NCBI GenBank assembly: GCA_038227875.1
Contig: JBBRPR010000007.1
Coordinates: forward strand, 32,001-96,000
Length of the DNA: 64,000 bases
Source: Planctomycetota bacterium
GTDB lineage: Bacteria; Planctomycetota; SZUA-567; H5-PLA8
Direction: 5' to 3'
A model generated the notes under the pieces. The model made no database searches. It was not told the DNA's origin and saw nothing but the letters and a program-made list of their open reading frames with translations. The translations under genes were made by a program, and so were the position numbers. This document shows, in pieces, positions 1-9,138 of the stretch (position 1 is its first letter; every line of letters begins with the position of its first letter).

Positions 1-677
1 GGAGCGATGCGGCCAACCCCAAGAATCATACTTTGCCCGGTGGGAATGATCGCGTCAAACTCGTCGACGCGTGAATTGCCAAGATTGCTCAGGGAGATCG
101 ACGCGCGATGCGTCGAAAGTCGTTTGCGCAGGTCGCCATCCTGCTGCAACGCAATACGTTCGCGAGCGACGTCGACGATGCTCCGCGCCGCAGAATTGCC
201 GATGACGGGAATCATCAGCCCATCCTCCAGCCCAACGACCAACCCAACACTGGCGTTCGGCAACGCAAGCAGCGCATTGTTTTCCCAGATGGCGTTATTG
301 CGCGGGATTTCCTGCAGCGCCAACGCAATCGCGCGCACGAGAAAATCCGTGTACGTGATTTTCACGCCGTCGCGCTTTTCAATGTTCGCGACGATCTGCT
401 TGCGCGTGTCCACGAGCGCCGAGACATCAACTTCCGCGCGCAGATAGAAATGCGGAATGGTTACCGCGCTCTCCGTTGTCCGCTGCGCGATCGTTTGCCG
501 CATACTGGACGTGGTGCCGTTGGCAGCAGGAGCACGCCGGGAAAACGCGATCACGTCAGCTTCAACGACGCGACCGTTCGGACCGGAGCCCGTAACGCGG
601 GCACCTTCAAGGCCGAGTTGACGTAATGCACGGCGCGCGCGTGGAGTGGCGGCGAATCGAGTCGACAGGTCACGCAT
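1..677 (-). CDS. 2-oxoacid dehydrogenase E2 (dihydrolipoamide acyltransferase) lacking an N-terminal lipoyl domain; truncated at window start
   Basis: Not in the ORF track because it has no stop inside the window. Translated by hand from ATG at 677, which overlaps the end of the upstream gene: MRDLSTRFAATPRARRALRQLGLEGARVTGSGPNGRVVEADV (E3-binding domain), then MRQTIAQRTTES..IPHFYLRAEVDV..SLSNLG (E2 catalytic domain). Confidence 0.85.
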   Translation of the reverse strand, partial: MRDLSTRFAATPRARRALRQLGLEGARVTGSGPNGRVVEADVIAFSRRAPAANGTTSSMRQTIAQRTTESAVTIPHFYLRAEVDVSALVDTRKQIVANIEKRDGVKITYTDFLVRAIALALQEIPRNNAIWENNALLALPNASVGLVVGLEDGLMIPVIGNSAARSIVDVARERIALQQDGDLRKRLSTHRASISLSNLGNSRVDEFDAIIPTGQSMILGVGRIA

Positions 678-3084
678 GTTTTCCCTTCCGCACCGTGCCC
701 ACGTGTGCGCCAAGTTTCACCACCGCGCCTTCCTGCGCGAGAATTTCCATCAGCACTCCGCTGGCCGGCGCTTCGACCTGGACGACGGACTTCTCCGTCT
801 CGATTTCCAAAATCGCATCTCCACTTTTCACCGATTGCCCGACCGCCACGAGCCACTTCACGATCTTGGCCTCGGTAATCGTCAGATCGCCGTGGGGAAT
901 AGTGACCGCTTCGCAACCTTCAAGACTGGTCGCGGGTGCCGCGGGAGTTGCAGCCGCCGCTTTGGAAGATGGTTTCGATTCCGGCTGCGCGGGCGCCAAG
1001 GCACTGCGCACCCCAGCCTTCACGCGGCGTGCGATCGGCGCGCGACCGGCGAGAATCTCATGTGCGCCGTGGACGATCTTGTCCGTCGTTACGATCACCT
1101 CGCGTTCCAGAATGGCACTGAGCGGATGCGTGGACGCGGCCGTATGCAGGCGGCCGACGGGCGCATCAAGATCATCGAAGCAGTGCTCCATCACGACTGC
1201 AGCGATTTCGCCGCCGACACCGCACATGGCATGGCCTTCGTCAACGACGAGGATGCGGCCGGTCTTCTTGACGCTCGTCGCGATTGTTTCAACATCCAAC
1301 GGCACAATCGTACGCAGGTCGATCACTTCGCATGAAATGTTTTCTTTCGCCAGGGCTTCCGCCGCTTCAAGCGACCGATGGAGCAATAAACCACTGGAGA
1401 CTATTGTCAGGTCTGTCCCCGTGCGGGCAATCCGCGCGACGCCGAACGGCACGCAATGCTCTCCGACCGGAACTTCGCCCTTCATTCCGAAAAGCGATTT
1501 ATGTTCGAGAAAAATCACCGGGTCGTTGGCGCGCAACGCCGTCTTCATCAGCCCTTTTGCATCAGCGGGCGTCGACGGAACGGCGACGATCAGTCCCGGC
1601 ACCTGCGCCCAGATCGGATGGTACGTGCCGCTGTGATGCGGACCGGCGGTCTTGATTTCACCCGACCCGGCGAGCACGACCATCGGCACGCGCATCTGCC
1701 CGTTGCTCATGTAGCGCAGTTTCGACGCTTGATGAATGATCTGGCTGGCCGCCTCGAAGAGAAAATCAGCGAACATCAAATCCGCTACCGCACGGCAGCC
1801 GGTCGCCGCCGCGCCGATGGAGGCTCCAGTAAAACCCAGTTCGCTGATCGGCGTATCAATGACGCGGTGACCGCCAAACTCCGCCCACAAGCCTTTGGAT
1901 TGCGCGAAACTGCCGCCGCGCTCACCAATGCCTTCGCCGAAATAAATAATGTGCCCGTCTTTGCGCATTTCCTCCGCCACACCATCGCGGACAGCTTCCA
2001 GCCAGCCTTGTGTGACGGTCTTGGAGCCTGGTGCCGCCTCGCGGCAATTTTCGGGATTGATCGGCTCCGCGTAGACGTGGTCGCCAAACGTCTCAGCTTT
2101 TGGGTCCGGTGAGTTCTGCCCGAACTCCGAGGCTTCAGTGATAATCTTCTCGATTTTCGCGTCGATGGCATCGAACTCCGACTCTTCCGCCACGCCAAAA
2201 TCATTTACCAGACGCGAGCGGAACGACGCGATTGGGTCACGCAACTTCCACGTCTCCAGTTCTTCCTTCGAACGGTACGTGCCGCAGACCGGATCGCCTT
2301 CGTGATGTCCGACGGTGCGATATGTCCGCGATTCGATTAGCGTCGGCCCGTGTCCCGCGCGCGCGTGCTCGACGGCCTTCTTGGCTGCCGCCCAGACGGC
2401 GAGCACATCGTTGCCGTCGACGGCGATGGACGGAATGCCGTAGGCGGCGCCTTTGCTGGCGACGTCCGTGTTCTTCGTCGCCATCGCCAGCGGAGTGGCC
2501 GTGGCGTAGAGATTATTCTCGCAGACGAACACAATCGGCGCATTTTGAATCGTGGCGAGATTGACGGACTCGTGGAACGCGCCGTGATTCACCGCGCCAT
2601 CGCCGAAGAAAGCGACGCTGACGCCCTTGGTCTTGCGCACCGACGCGCTGATCGCCGCGCCGACCGCCGACGGAATGCCGCCGCCCACAATTCCATTCGT
2701 GCCGAACAAACCGCTCGCCTTGTCGTACAGATGCATGCTGCCGCCACGACCACCGCAGCAACCGGTGACCTTGCCGTTGATCTCGGCCATCAGCGCCTTG
2801 GGCGACGCGCCTTTCGCCAGCGCGTGTCCATGACCGCGGTGCGTACTGGTGACCCAGTCGTCGGAATTCAAATGCGCGCACACGCCGACGGCGGTCGCCT
2901 CTTCACCGATGTAGAGATGAAGAAATCCGGGGAGCTTACCGTTTCGGTTGAGCACCTGCGCTGTCAGTTCAAACCGGCGCAGCAGCACCATCTGTTCGTA
3001 GAGTTTCAGCAGCGCTTCTTTGGACTGCAGCAATTCCTGGGGGGCGTGTGCAGGGGGCACAGCCACGGGCGAACTCGTCGGCAT
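670..3084 (-). CDS. Fused 2-oxoacid/acetoin dehydrogenase E1 alpha + E1 beta + C-terminal lipoyl domain
   Basis: E1alpha motifs GFLHLYIGEEA, THRGHGH and TPP-binding GDGA..N; E1beta motif DTPISE; C-terminal lipoyl domain with ETEKS. SD GAGGAG precedes ATG at 3084 (the ORF track starts at TTG 3093). Confidence 0.92.
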   Translation of the reverse strand: MPTSSPVAVPPAHAPQELLQSKEALLKLYEQMVLLRRFELTAQVLNRNGKLPGFLHLYIGEEATAVGVCAHLNSDDWVTSTHRGHGHALAKGASPKALMAEINGKVTGCCGGRGGSMHLYDKASGLFGTNGIVGGGIPSAVGAAISASVRKTKGVSVAFFGDGAVNHGAFHESVNLATIQNAPIVFVCENNLYATATPLAMATKNTDVASKGAAYGIPSIAVDGNDVLAVWAAAKKAVEHARAGHGPTLIESRTYRTVGHHEGDPVCGTYRSKEELETWKLRDPIASFRSRLVNDFGVAEESEFDAIDAKIEKIITEASEFGQNSPDPKAETFGDHVYAEPINPENCREAAPGSKTVTQGWLEAVRDGVAEEMRKDGHIIYFGEGIGERGGSFAQSKGLWAEFGGHRVIDTPISELGFTGASIGAAATGCRAVADLMFADFLFEAASQIIHQASKLRYMSNGQMRVPMVVLAGSGEIKTAGPHHSGTYHPIWAQVPGLIVAVPSTPADAKGLMKTALRANDPVIFLEHKSLFGMKGEVPVGEHCVPFGVARIARTGTDLTIVSSGLLLHRSLEAAEALAKENISCEVIDLRTIVPLDVETIATSVKKTGRILVVDEGHAMCGVGGEIAAVVMEHCFDDLDAPVGRLHTAASTHPLSAILEREVIVTTDKIVHGAHEILAGRAPIARRVKAGVRSALAPAQPESKPSSKAAAATPAAPATSLEGCEAVTIPHGDLTITEAKIVKWLVAVGQSVKSGDAILEIETEKSVVQVEAPASGVLMEILAQEGAVVKLGAHVGTVRKGKHA

Positions 3085-3117
3085 CGGTCGCAATCTCCTC
3101 TGAAGTATAGTCGAATA

Positions 3118-4194
3118 TCAGCGACGCAACGCGTCGAGGTCGAGCTTCAATTCATCGCACAACTCGCGCAAACTCAACACCACGTCGGCCGGCAACACAA
3201 TCCCGTCGCGCAACGCGCGGTCGCGGGTGTCCCATTCACGTTCGCCGGGCATCAGGATGCGGTCTTTGGAAGTGCGCGTCGGCGACGCTTTGATGCGCGC
3301 GGCCATTGCTTCGGCGCGCGACTGGTACTGATCCATCGGCATCATTTTTTCGACATCGATCGCGATGAACGCCGCGCCATGTCCGGTAGGCGTCGCCACA
3401 TTGTCGATTTTCCAACGCAGCACATCGGCAAGCATCGAAGCGCCAGGCATCACGGCCGCGAGTGTCTCGACCACGATGGCCATGCCGTAGCCCTTGTATC
3501 CGGCCATCGGCGAAAGCGATCCGCCATTCACGAATGCAGCCGGGTCGCTGGATGGATTGCCGTCCATGTCGACGACCCAGTCCGGCGGAATCGGCTTACC
3601 GTTAATGTGTGCCGCAGAAACCTTGCCGCCGGCCACGGTGCTCAACGCCATGTCCAGCACGATCGGCTTGCGGGGGCTCATGGGAATCGCAAAGGCCAGT
3701 GGGTTGTTGCCGGTCACGCGGCCACGCGCACCGGGAGCGTTCATCGACGGCGCATCATTGGCCATGGCGACGCCGAACATATTCTGCTCGGCGGCCATCG
3801 TAGCGTAGTAACCGGCAGCACCAAAGTGGCACGTGTTGAACACGCCGACATAAGCGATGCCACACTGCCTGGCCTTGGCGATGGCAATCTCCATCGCGCG
3901 CACCGACGTGACCATCGCGACGGAATTCTGCCCGTCGACGCGCGCCCACGCCGGACCTTCAGCCACGATGGTCGGAACGCCGCGCGGATTCAACCCGCCC
4001 GCGATCAAGCGCTGAATGTAGCGGTGCAAACTGTTGACGCCGTGCGTGAAAACGCCCCACGTGTCGGTCGTCACCAGCACCTGCGCCGTCGTGCGCGCAT
4101 CGGCGGCGGAAAGCCCCGCCTTCTTCAGCGCATCCACGGTGAAGGCTTCGAGCGCTTCGGCACTGACGGTCAATTCGGATAATGTCGAGTTCAC
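3118..4194 (-). CDS. Ldh-2 family oxidoreductase (type 2 malate/L-lactate/ureidoglycolate dehydrogenase family)
   Basis: D..GVFTHG, HFGAAGYY, GNNPLAFAIP, LDMALS and GYKGYGMA motifs. Confidence 0.92.
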   Translation of the reverse strand: MNSTLSELTVSAEALEAFTVDALKKAGLSAADARTTAQVLVTTDTWGVFTHGVNSLHRYIQRLIAGGLNPRGVPTIVAEGPAWARVDGQNSVAMVTSVRAMEIAIAKARQCGIAYVGVFNTCHFGAAGYYATMAAEQNMFGVAMANDAPSMNAPGARGRVTGNNPLAFAIPMSPRKPIVLDMALSTVAGGKVSAAHINGKPIPPDWVVDMDGNPSSDPAAFVNGGSLSPMAGYKGYGMAIVVETLAAVMPGASMLADVLRWKIDNVATPTGHGAAFIAIDVEKMMPMDQYQSRAEAMAARIKASPTRTSKDRILMPGEREWDTRDRALRDGIVLPADVVLSLRELCDELKLDLDALRR

Positions 4195-4301
4195 GGCAAT
4201 CTCCTAAAATTTGCGGGGCAGTCCGTTAAAAAGTCGTTTCAGCCAAGAGTTCCGGGAAACGCCTGGCTGTTGAGGCGTTTCCCGGCGTAGCCCATGGGTT
4301 A

Positions 4302-5282
4302 TCAACGGACTGCCATCGCTTCGGGTCTAACACCATTGACGATGCTGATGAGCGGCTGGCCCTTGATGTGTCGGACAATGTGTGCCGCGACCCCTTCCCG
4401 CAGCAACCGCGACGCGGTGGGCGTCGCCGATGCATTGTGCGGCGTGAGAATAACGTTCGGCATCTGGCGAACAGGATGGTCGGCGGGAATCGGTTCTGGA
4501 TCGAAAACGTCGAGACCGGCACCCAGTAAATGTCCGCTCTTCAACGCGCTGACCAGGTCGTTGCTGTCCACCAGATCGCCACGCGCAACATTAACGAGCA
4601 ATGACCCACGTTTCATCTTTGCAAACGACGACGCATTCATGATTTTTCGCGTCGACGCCAGGCTTGGGCAGTGCAGCGAAATGATGTCGCTGTGCGTGAG
4701 CAGTTCGTCGAGCGTCGACGGAATATACCCTTGCGATTGAATCGCATCGGCAGGCACCCCTGGATCAAAAACGCGAATCGCACACTTGAAGCCCCTTAAC
4801 CGCGCGCAGACTTCCCGTCCGATGCGGCCGAAGCCCAGGACGCCGACAGTCTGCTCCTTCAACGCGCGGTAGCTGGTGAGCGGAACATCCACGCCTTTGT
4901 TTGCGTGCATCGCGACACTCGCCGGCTGGATCTGACGCGAAAGCGACAGCAGCAGAGCGAGCGTGTGGTCGGCGACCTCGTCGATGCAATAGTCCGGCAC
5001 ATTGCAGACGGGAATCCCCTTCTCTTTCGCGGCGGCGAGGTCAACGTTGTCGACGCCGATGCCGTAACGCGCGATCAGCTTCGCGTTTTTCATCGCGCCG
5101 ATGACGCTCGCGTCCACGCGCGCAAACTGCGTGATGACGAAATCCGCCTCGCGCGTGAGCTCGATCAACTCCGCGGCCGTCTTGCACTGCAGGCCAACGA
5201 CGCTGCAGCCCAGCGGCTTGAGCATCGCCTCTTCGACCTGGAGATCGGGAAACGTGTAATCCGTGACGACAACTGTTGGCAT
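4302..5282 (-). CDS. D-isomer-specific 2-hydroxyacid dehydrogenase (SerA/CtBP-like)
   Basis: RYGIGVDNVD, GFGRIG, VNVARG, LDVFDPEP and LTPHNA motifs; start at MPTVVVTD. Confidence 0.92.
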   Translation of the reverse strand: MPTVVVTDYTFPDLQVEEAMLKPLGCSVVGLQCKTAAELIELTREADFVITQFARVDASVIGAMKNAKLIARYGIGVDNVDLAAAKEKGIPVCNVPDYCIDEVADHTLALLLSLSRQIQPASVAMHANKGVDVPLTSYRALKEQTVGVLGFGRIGREVCARLRGFKCAIRVFDPGVPADAIQSQGYIPSTLDELLTHSDIISLHCPSLASTRKIMNASSFAKMKRGSLLVNVARGDLVDSNDLVSALKSGHLLGAGLDVFDPEPIPADHPVRQMPNVILTPHNASATPTASRLLREGVAAHIVRHIKGQPLISIVNGVRPEAMAVR

Positions 5283-5322
5283 GGGGGATTCCTTTGGGGG
5301 AAATCGGGAAACTTCAATACGT

Positions 5323-6102
5323 TTAGAATTCGCGCGCAAATCCGGCGGTCCAGCCGCCGTCCACCGTCAGGCAGACGCCAGTGATGTAGCTGCTTTCTGG
5401 CGCGGCCAGAAACAGCGCGGCATTGGCGATCTCTTCGACTTCACCCGGCCGCCCGAGCGGAATGTGGGCGATCATCGCCTTGGCCATTTCAGTGCCCTTC
5501 TGGTCTTCGCCGTAGAATAATTTGCGGGTGCCGTCGGTCAGAATCGATCCCGGCGCAATCGCGTTGACGAGGATGCCGAACCCGCCAAGCTCAATGGCCA
5601 TCGCCTTTGAAAAGTGGACGACCGCAGCCTTGGCGGACGCGAAGGCCGATTGATTGCGCAGAGGCACGGTGCCGACGATCGATGAAATGTTGATGATGCG
5701 ACCGGACTTCTGAGCTTTCATCACTTTCGCACAAGCTCTGCTGACGTAGAAAAGCCCATTCAGATCGATGTCGATGATGCGGTGCCACTCTTCCGTCGGA
5801 AATTCGTCGACCGTCGTGCGGACGCGCGTGTTGACGCCGGCGTTATTGACCACGATGTCGATCCTGCCGTAGGTCTTGACCAGTTCCTCAACGAGCTGGT
5901 TGACGCCGAGTTCCGACGTGACGTCCAGCCGGCGTCCGACGCAACCTGGGCATTCGGCGGCGGCCTCTTCGGCGTTCTTCTGGACGATGTCGGTGAAGAT
6001 CACCGTCGCACCGTTGTCAGCCAGGGCGCGCGCGATGGCACGGCCGATGTTCTGACCGGCGCCGGTGACCAACGCCACTTTCTTATTCAGATCAGTTTTC
6101 AT
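5323..6102 (-). CDS. Short-chain dehydrogenase/reductase (SDR)
   Basis: TGAGQNIG, NNAG, NISS and VDGG motifs. The catalytic YxxxK reads FASAK. Confidence 0.9.
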   Translation of the reverse strand: MKTDLNKKVALVTGAGQNIGRAIARALADNGATVIFTDIVQKNAEEAAAECPGCVGRRLDVTSELGVNQLVEELVKTYGRIDIVVNNAGVNTRVRTTVDEFPTEEWHRIIDIDLNGLFYVSRACAKVMKAQKSGRIINISSIVGTVPLRNQSAFASAKAAVVHFSKAMAIELGGFGILVNAIAPGSILTDGTRKLFYGEDQKGTEMAKAMIAHIPLGRPGEVEEIANAALFLAAPESSYITGVCLTVDGGWTAGFAREF

Positions 6103-6824
6103 GACGTGTGCCCTTCGGGCTTGGCGACCACCACGACGCGCTCAAGTCGGCGGGTGAGCAGGTCCATGTGGAATCGCATCGCTTGTTCGGCCTTGTCTGG
6201 ATTGTGTTCGCGGATCGCCTGCAGAATGTCGAAGTGCTGGTCGCCGGCGTACGGCACGTCTTGTTCAACCGGCCGCGTCTGAACCATTCCGGCGTAGATG
6301 AATTCCTGGATTACCTGCATCACGTTGGACATCAGCGCGTTGTCGGAAATCGAGACGATCTTTAAATGGAACGCGAGATCGTGCTGCATTGCTTTCACAT
6401 CATCGGTCTCGTTTTTAAATGTGTCGTAGAGTTTCTGAAGTTCGGCGAGATCTTCGTCGGTGGCATTGGCTGCAGCGGCGCGGACGCAATCGCATTCAAT
6501 CGCGCGCCGCAGCTCCGCAACCTTGGTCACATCGCGTGGCGAGAAAGCCATCGCGCTGCGCACCAGCTTTGTGGTGGTCGAAAGCGTTCCGCCGTCGCCG
6601 ACAAACGTGCCCAGTCCGCGGCGGACACTGAGTAAGCCGATCGACTCCAACCGCTTGATCGCTTCGCGCAGAACGTTGCGGCTGATCTGAAGCTGGCCAG
6701 CCAGCTCCGGTTCGCTGGGCAACCGTGCGCCGGGGAGCAGTTCCCCCTTCTCTACGATCTCGCGGATCCGCGCGGCAACCTCGTCAACGCGGGACTTTTG
6801 AGTGGCCAAAGGTCGAACTTGCAT
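6099..6824 (-). CDS. GntR/FadR family transcriptional regulator
   Basis: wHTH (RLPSEPELAGQLQISRNVLREAIKRL, RRGLGTFV) plus FCD domain; SD GGAG before ATG 6824. Confidence 0.92.
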   Translation of the reverse strand: MQVRPLATQKSRVDEVAARIREIVEKGELLPGARLPSEPELAGQLQISRNVLREAIKRLESIGLLSVRRGLGTFVGDGGTLSTTTKLVRSAMAFSPRDVTKVAELRRAIECDCVRAAAANATDEDLAELQKLYDTFKNETDDVKAMQHDLAFHLKIVSISDNALMSNVMQVIQEFIYAGMVQTRPVEQDVPYAGDQHFDILQAIREHNPDKAEQAMRFHMDLLTRRLERVVVVAKPEGHTS

Positions 6825-6840
6825 AGGCAGCGGCTCCACT

Positions 6841-6863
6841 TGTTGGACATCCAACATCCTACA
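6841..6863. promoter_or_regulatory. Probable GntR/FadR operator overlapping the operon promoter
   Basis: Palindrome TGTTGGA-CA-TCCAACA (6841-6856) with ACATCC(A/T)ACA tandem repeats just upstream of the regulator; minus-strand TTGCTT-N17-TAGGAT. Confidence 0.55.
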
Positions 6864-7044
6864 TTGTAAATTTACCATAAGCAAGCAAATTCCCGATGGT
6901 TTTGATCGTCAGTTGAGACGAGTCGCTCAAGAACGGCACCGGTCCCAAACTATCAAACACTTGACTTTATAGTCACTTACATGTATTGTTTTTCGAATTC
7001 CGTCTGTCGAAATATTATCCCGTTCGCCTTCTAGGAGGTACGAA

Positions 7045-7563
7045 ATGCGTCCTGTTCAAGTTGTTACGTGCATACTTCTGGCTTTTGGCGCGACCTTTGT
7101 CGTGCGCGCCGCGGAACCCGCGGACACTGAAAAGCCGAAGCACGTGGCCCCGGCCGACCGCTTCTGGCCGCGCGGTCCCGCCATTGCCGAATTGAAAAAG
7201 GACCTGGACCTCACCGACGACCAGCTCGCCAAGTCCAAGGCCGACGTCGATGCGGTGAAAAAAGCCTTCGATGCCAAGCCCGAAGTCATCGCCGCCGAAG
7301 AAGAATTGAAGAAGAACGAAGAAGCATACAAGGCTTCCGAGCAGAAGGTCCGCGCGCTCAAAGAAGGCAACATGTACCTCGACGAATTGAAGAAAGCGCT
7401 GCTGAACTCCCTGCCCGACGACAAGAAAGAAAAGGCGTTGCCGCTGCTGCACATCAAGGGCGCTCCCAAGGCCGAAAAGGGTGACAAGAAGGAAGCTCCG
7501 AAAGAAGCGCCCGCGAAGCCCGATGCCCCGAAAGAGAACGCCGGCGGAGAAATGAACAAGTAA
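7045..7563 (+). CDS. Hypothetical exported helical protein
   Basis: SD AGGAGG, signal peptide, Lys/Glu-rich helices, host-like codon usage. Confidence 0.75.
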   Translation: MRPVQVVTCILLAFGATFVVRAAEPADTEKPKHVAPADRFWPRGPAIAELKKDLDLTDDQLAKSKADVDAVKKAFDAKPEVIAAEEELKKNEEAYKASEQKVRALKEGNMYLDELKKALLNSLPDDKKEKALPLLHIKGAPKAEKGDKKEAPKEAPAKPDAPKENAGGEMNK

Positions 7564-7603
7564 CGCGGATCAAAACTCAAACCGGGAACTCATAAAGGAG
7601 AAC

Positions 7604-7632
7604 GAAAGACGCGGCGGCTTGCCGCGTCTTTC
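7604..7632 (+). terminator. Stem-loop, possible intrinsic terminator
   Basis: 12-bp stem GAAAGACGCGGC / GCCGCGTCTTTC after the stop at 7563. Confidence 0.5.
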
Positions 7633-7643
7633 CATTTCAAACC

Positions 7644-8381
7644 ATGACGCTAACCGAAGAAACCGTCGACCTGCCCACCGCCACCGGACCGATGCGGACG
7701 TCGATTTTCCGACCTGTGGCGCCGGGAAAGTACCCTGGCCTGCTTTTCTTCTCTGAGATCTTCCAGATCACCGCGCCCATCCGGCGCATGGCCGCGATGC
7801 TCGCCGGCAACGGTTTCGTCGTCGCGGTTCCCGAGATTTTCCACGAGATGGAAACGCCCGGCGCGGTGCTGGGCTACGACACCGCCGGCGCCGACCGCGG
7901 CAACAAGGACAAGATTACCAAGACCATCGCATCGTATGACGACGATGCGCGTGCCGTGATCAAGCACCTGCAAACCGCTCCGTACTGTTCCGGCAAGATC
8001 GGAAGTTTCGGCGTCTGCATCGGCGGCCATCTCTCATTCCGCGCCTCGATGAACCCCGAGATCCTTGCCGGAGCGTGCTTTTACGCGACGGACATCCACA
8101 AGCGCAGCCTCGGCGCCGGAATGAACGACAATTCGCTCGACCGCATCCCCGAACTCAAATGCGAGATGCTGATGGTCTGGGGCCGCCAGGATCCGCACAT
8201 CCCCACCGAAGGCCGCGCCTTGATCTACCAGAAGATGACGGAAGCCAATGTCAGCTTTACCTGGCACGAATTCAACGCCGCTCACGCCTTCATGCGCGAC
8301 GAAGGCCCCCGCTACGACCCGGAAATCGAGCTGACCTGCTGGCACCTGTTGCTGTCGCTGTTCAAGCGCAAGTTGATTTGA
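7644..8381 (+). CDS. Dienelactone hydrolase family protein
   Basis: SEIFQ, GVCIGG nucleophile elbow, QDPHIP and HAFMRDEG motifs. Confidence 0.92.
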   Translation: MTLTEETVDLPTATGPMRTSIFRPVAPGKYPGLLFFSEIFQITAPIRRMAAMLAGNGFVVAVPEIFHEMETPGAVLGYDTAGADRGNKDKITKTIASYDDDARAVIKHLQTAPYCSGKIGSFGVCIGGHLSFRASMNPEILAGACFYATDIHKRSLGAGMNDNSLDRIPELKCEMLMVWGRQDPHIPTEGRALIYQKMTEANVSFTWHEFNAAHAFMRDEGPRYDPEIELTCWHLLLSLFKRKLI

Positions 8382-8397
8382 GTTTGGCCACGTTTTT

Positions 8398-8561
8398 TAA
8401 TCTCACGCAAAGCCGCAAAGACGCAAAGAACAGCAAAGAACGACGGGATTCGGGATTCGGGATTAGGGATTCTGGATTCCCCGTTGTCTTCGAATGCGAA
8501 TCCCGATTCCCGAATCCCGCGTCCCGCCGTTCGTAGTTCATTGCGGCTTTGCGTGAGATTA
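8398..8561. repeat. Nested inverted-repeat element with GGGATTC heptamer repeats
   Basis: Perfect 21-bp IR TAATCTCACGCAAAGCCGCAA (8398-8418 / 8541-8561) enclosing inverted (GGGATTC)n / (GAATCCC)n arms; lies between convergent genes. Confidence 0.8.
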
Positions 8562-8990
8562 GAACCCAAAGTTGCGCGAGCGTTCCTTCTTAATCTTGCT
8601 GTGCGCCTTTTTCTCGTCGATGCGACGTTGCACGCTGCCGCGCGAGGGTTTGCTTTTTTTGCGGATCTTCGGGTCGCGGTAGATGCTCATCACGAGCATC
8701 GAGAGGCGCTCCACGCACGCGCGGCGGTTGGCTTCCTGCGTGCGCGCGGTGTCGGACGCGATCAGCAAGTCGCCGTCGGCGGTGATCTTATTGGCCGCGG
8801 CGCGGCTGAGTCGCTGACGGGCGCCATCGCTCAGGCCGAGAATCTCCTCCGGCCGGATGCGCAACTCCGCCTTGGTGTTGACCTTGTTGACATTCTGGCC
8901 GCCGGGCCCGCCGGAGCGCGCGTAATGGTAGCGCAACGCGGTGCGGGCGAGCGTAATGCCGGGGGCCAGGGAGATCGTCGCGCTTTCCAT
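8559..8990 (-). CDS. arfB: Alternative ribosome rescue peptidyl-tRNA hydrolase ArfB
   Basis: RSGGPGGQNVNKVNTK (GGQ motif), RTQEANR and a basic C-terminal tail. Confidence 0.93.
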   Translation of the reverse strand: MESATISLAPGITLARTALRYHYARSGGPGGQNVNKVNTKAELRIRPEEILGLSDGARQRLSRAAANKITADGDLLIASDTARTQEANRRACVERLSMLVMSIYRDPKIRKKSKPSRGSVQRRIDEKKAHSKIKKERSRNFGF

Positions 8991-9063
8991 GGAGAGTAGT
9001 ATACCACACGCGCGCTTCCGATTCGACAAGCGTGGCCAAACTGCTATGCTCCCGGCATCCAAA

Positions 9064-9091
9064 AATTGTGGTGCAGGCGTCCCGCCTGCAA
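9064..9091 (+). repeat. REP-like palindromic repeat
   Basis: AATTGTGGTGCAGGCGTCCCGCCTGCAA, identical to the copies at 10266 and 59798 and to the reverse copy at 59747. Confidence 0.85.
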
Positions 9092-9138
9092 ATTTCCGCG
9101 CCGCTGAAGTAACGATTTAAAATAAAAAAGGGGACGCC

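Noticed and set aside
2350..4182. Long antisense ORFs (for example 2350..4182, 13603..14820, 56738..58120, 59912..61009)
   Set aside because: Shadow ORFs opposite well-supported genes, expected in high-GC DNA.
8398..8561. CRISPR array
   Set aside because: The repeats are short tandem heptamers in inverted arms with no unique spacers, and no cas genes are present.
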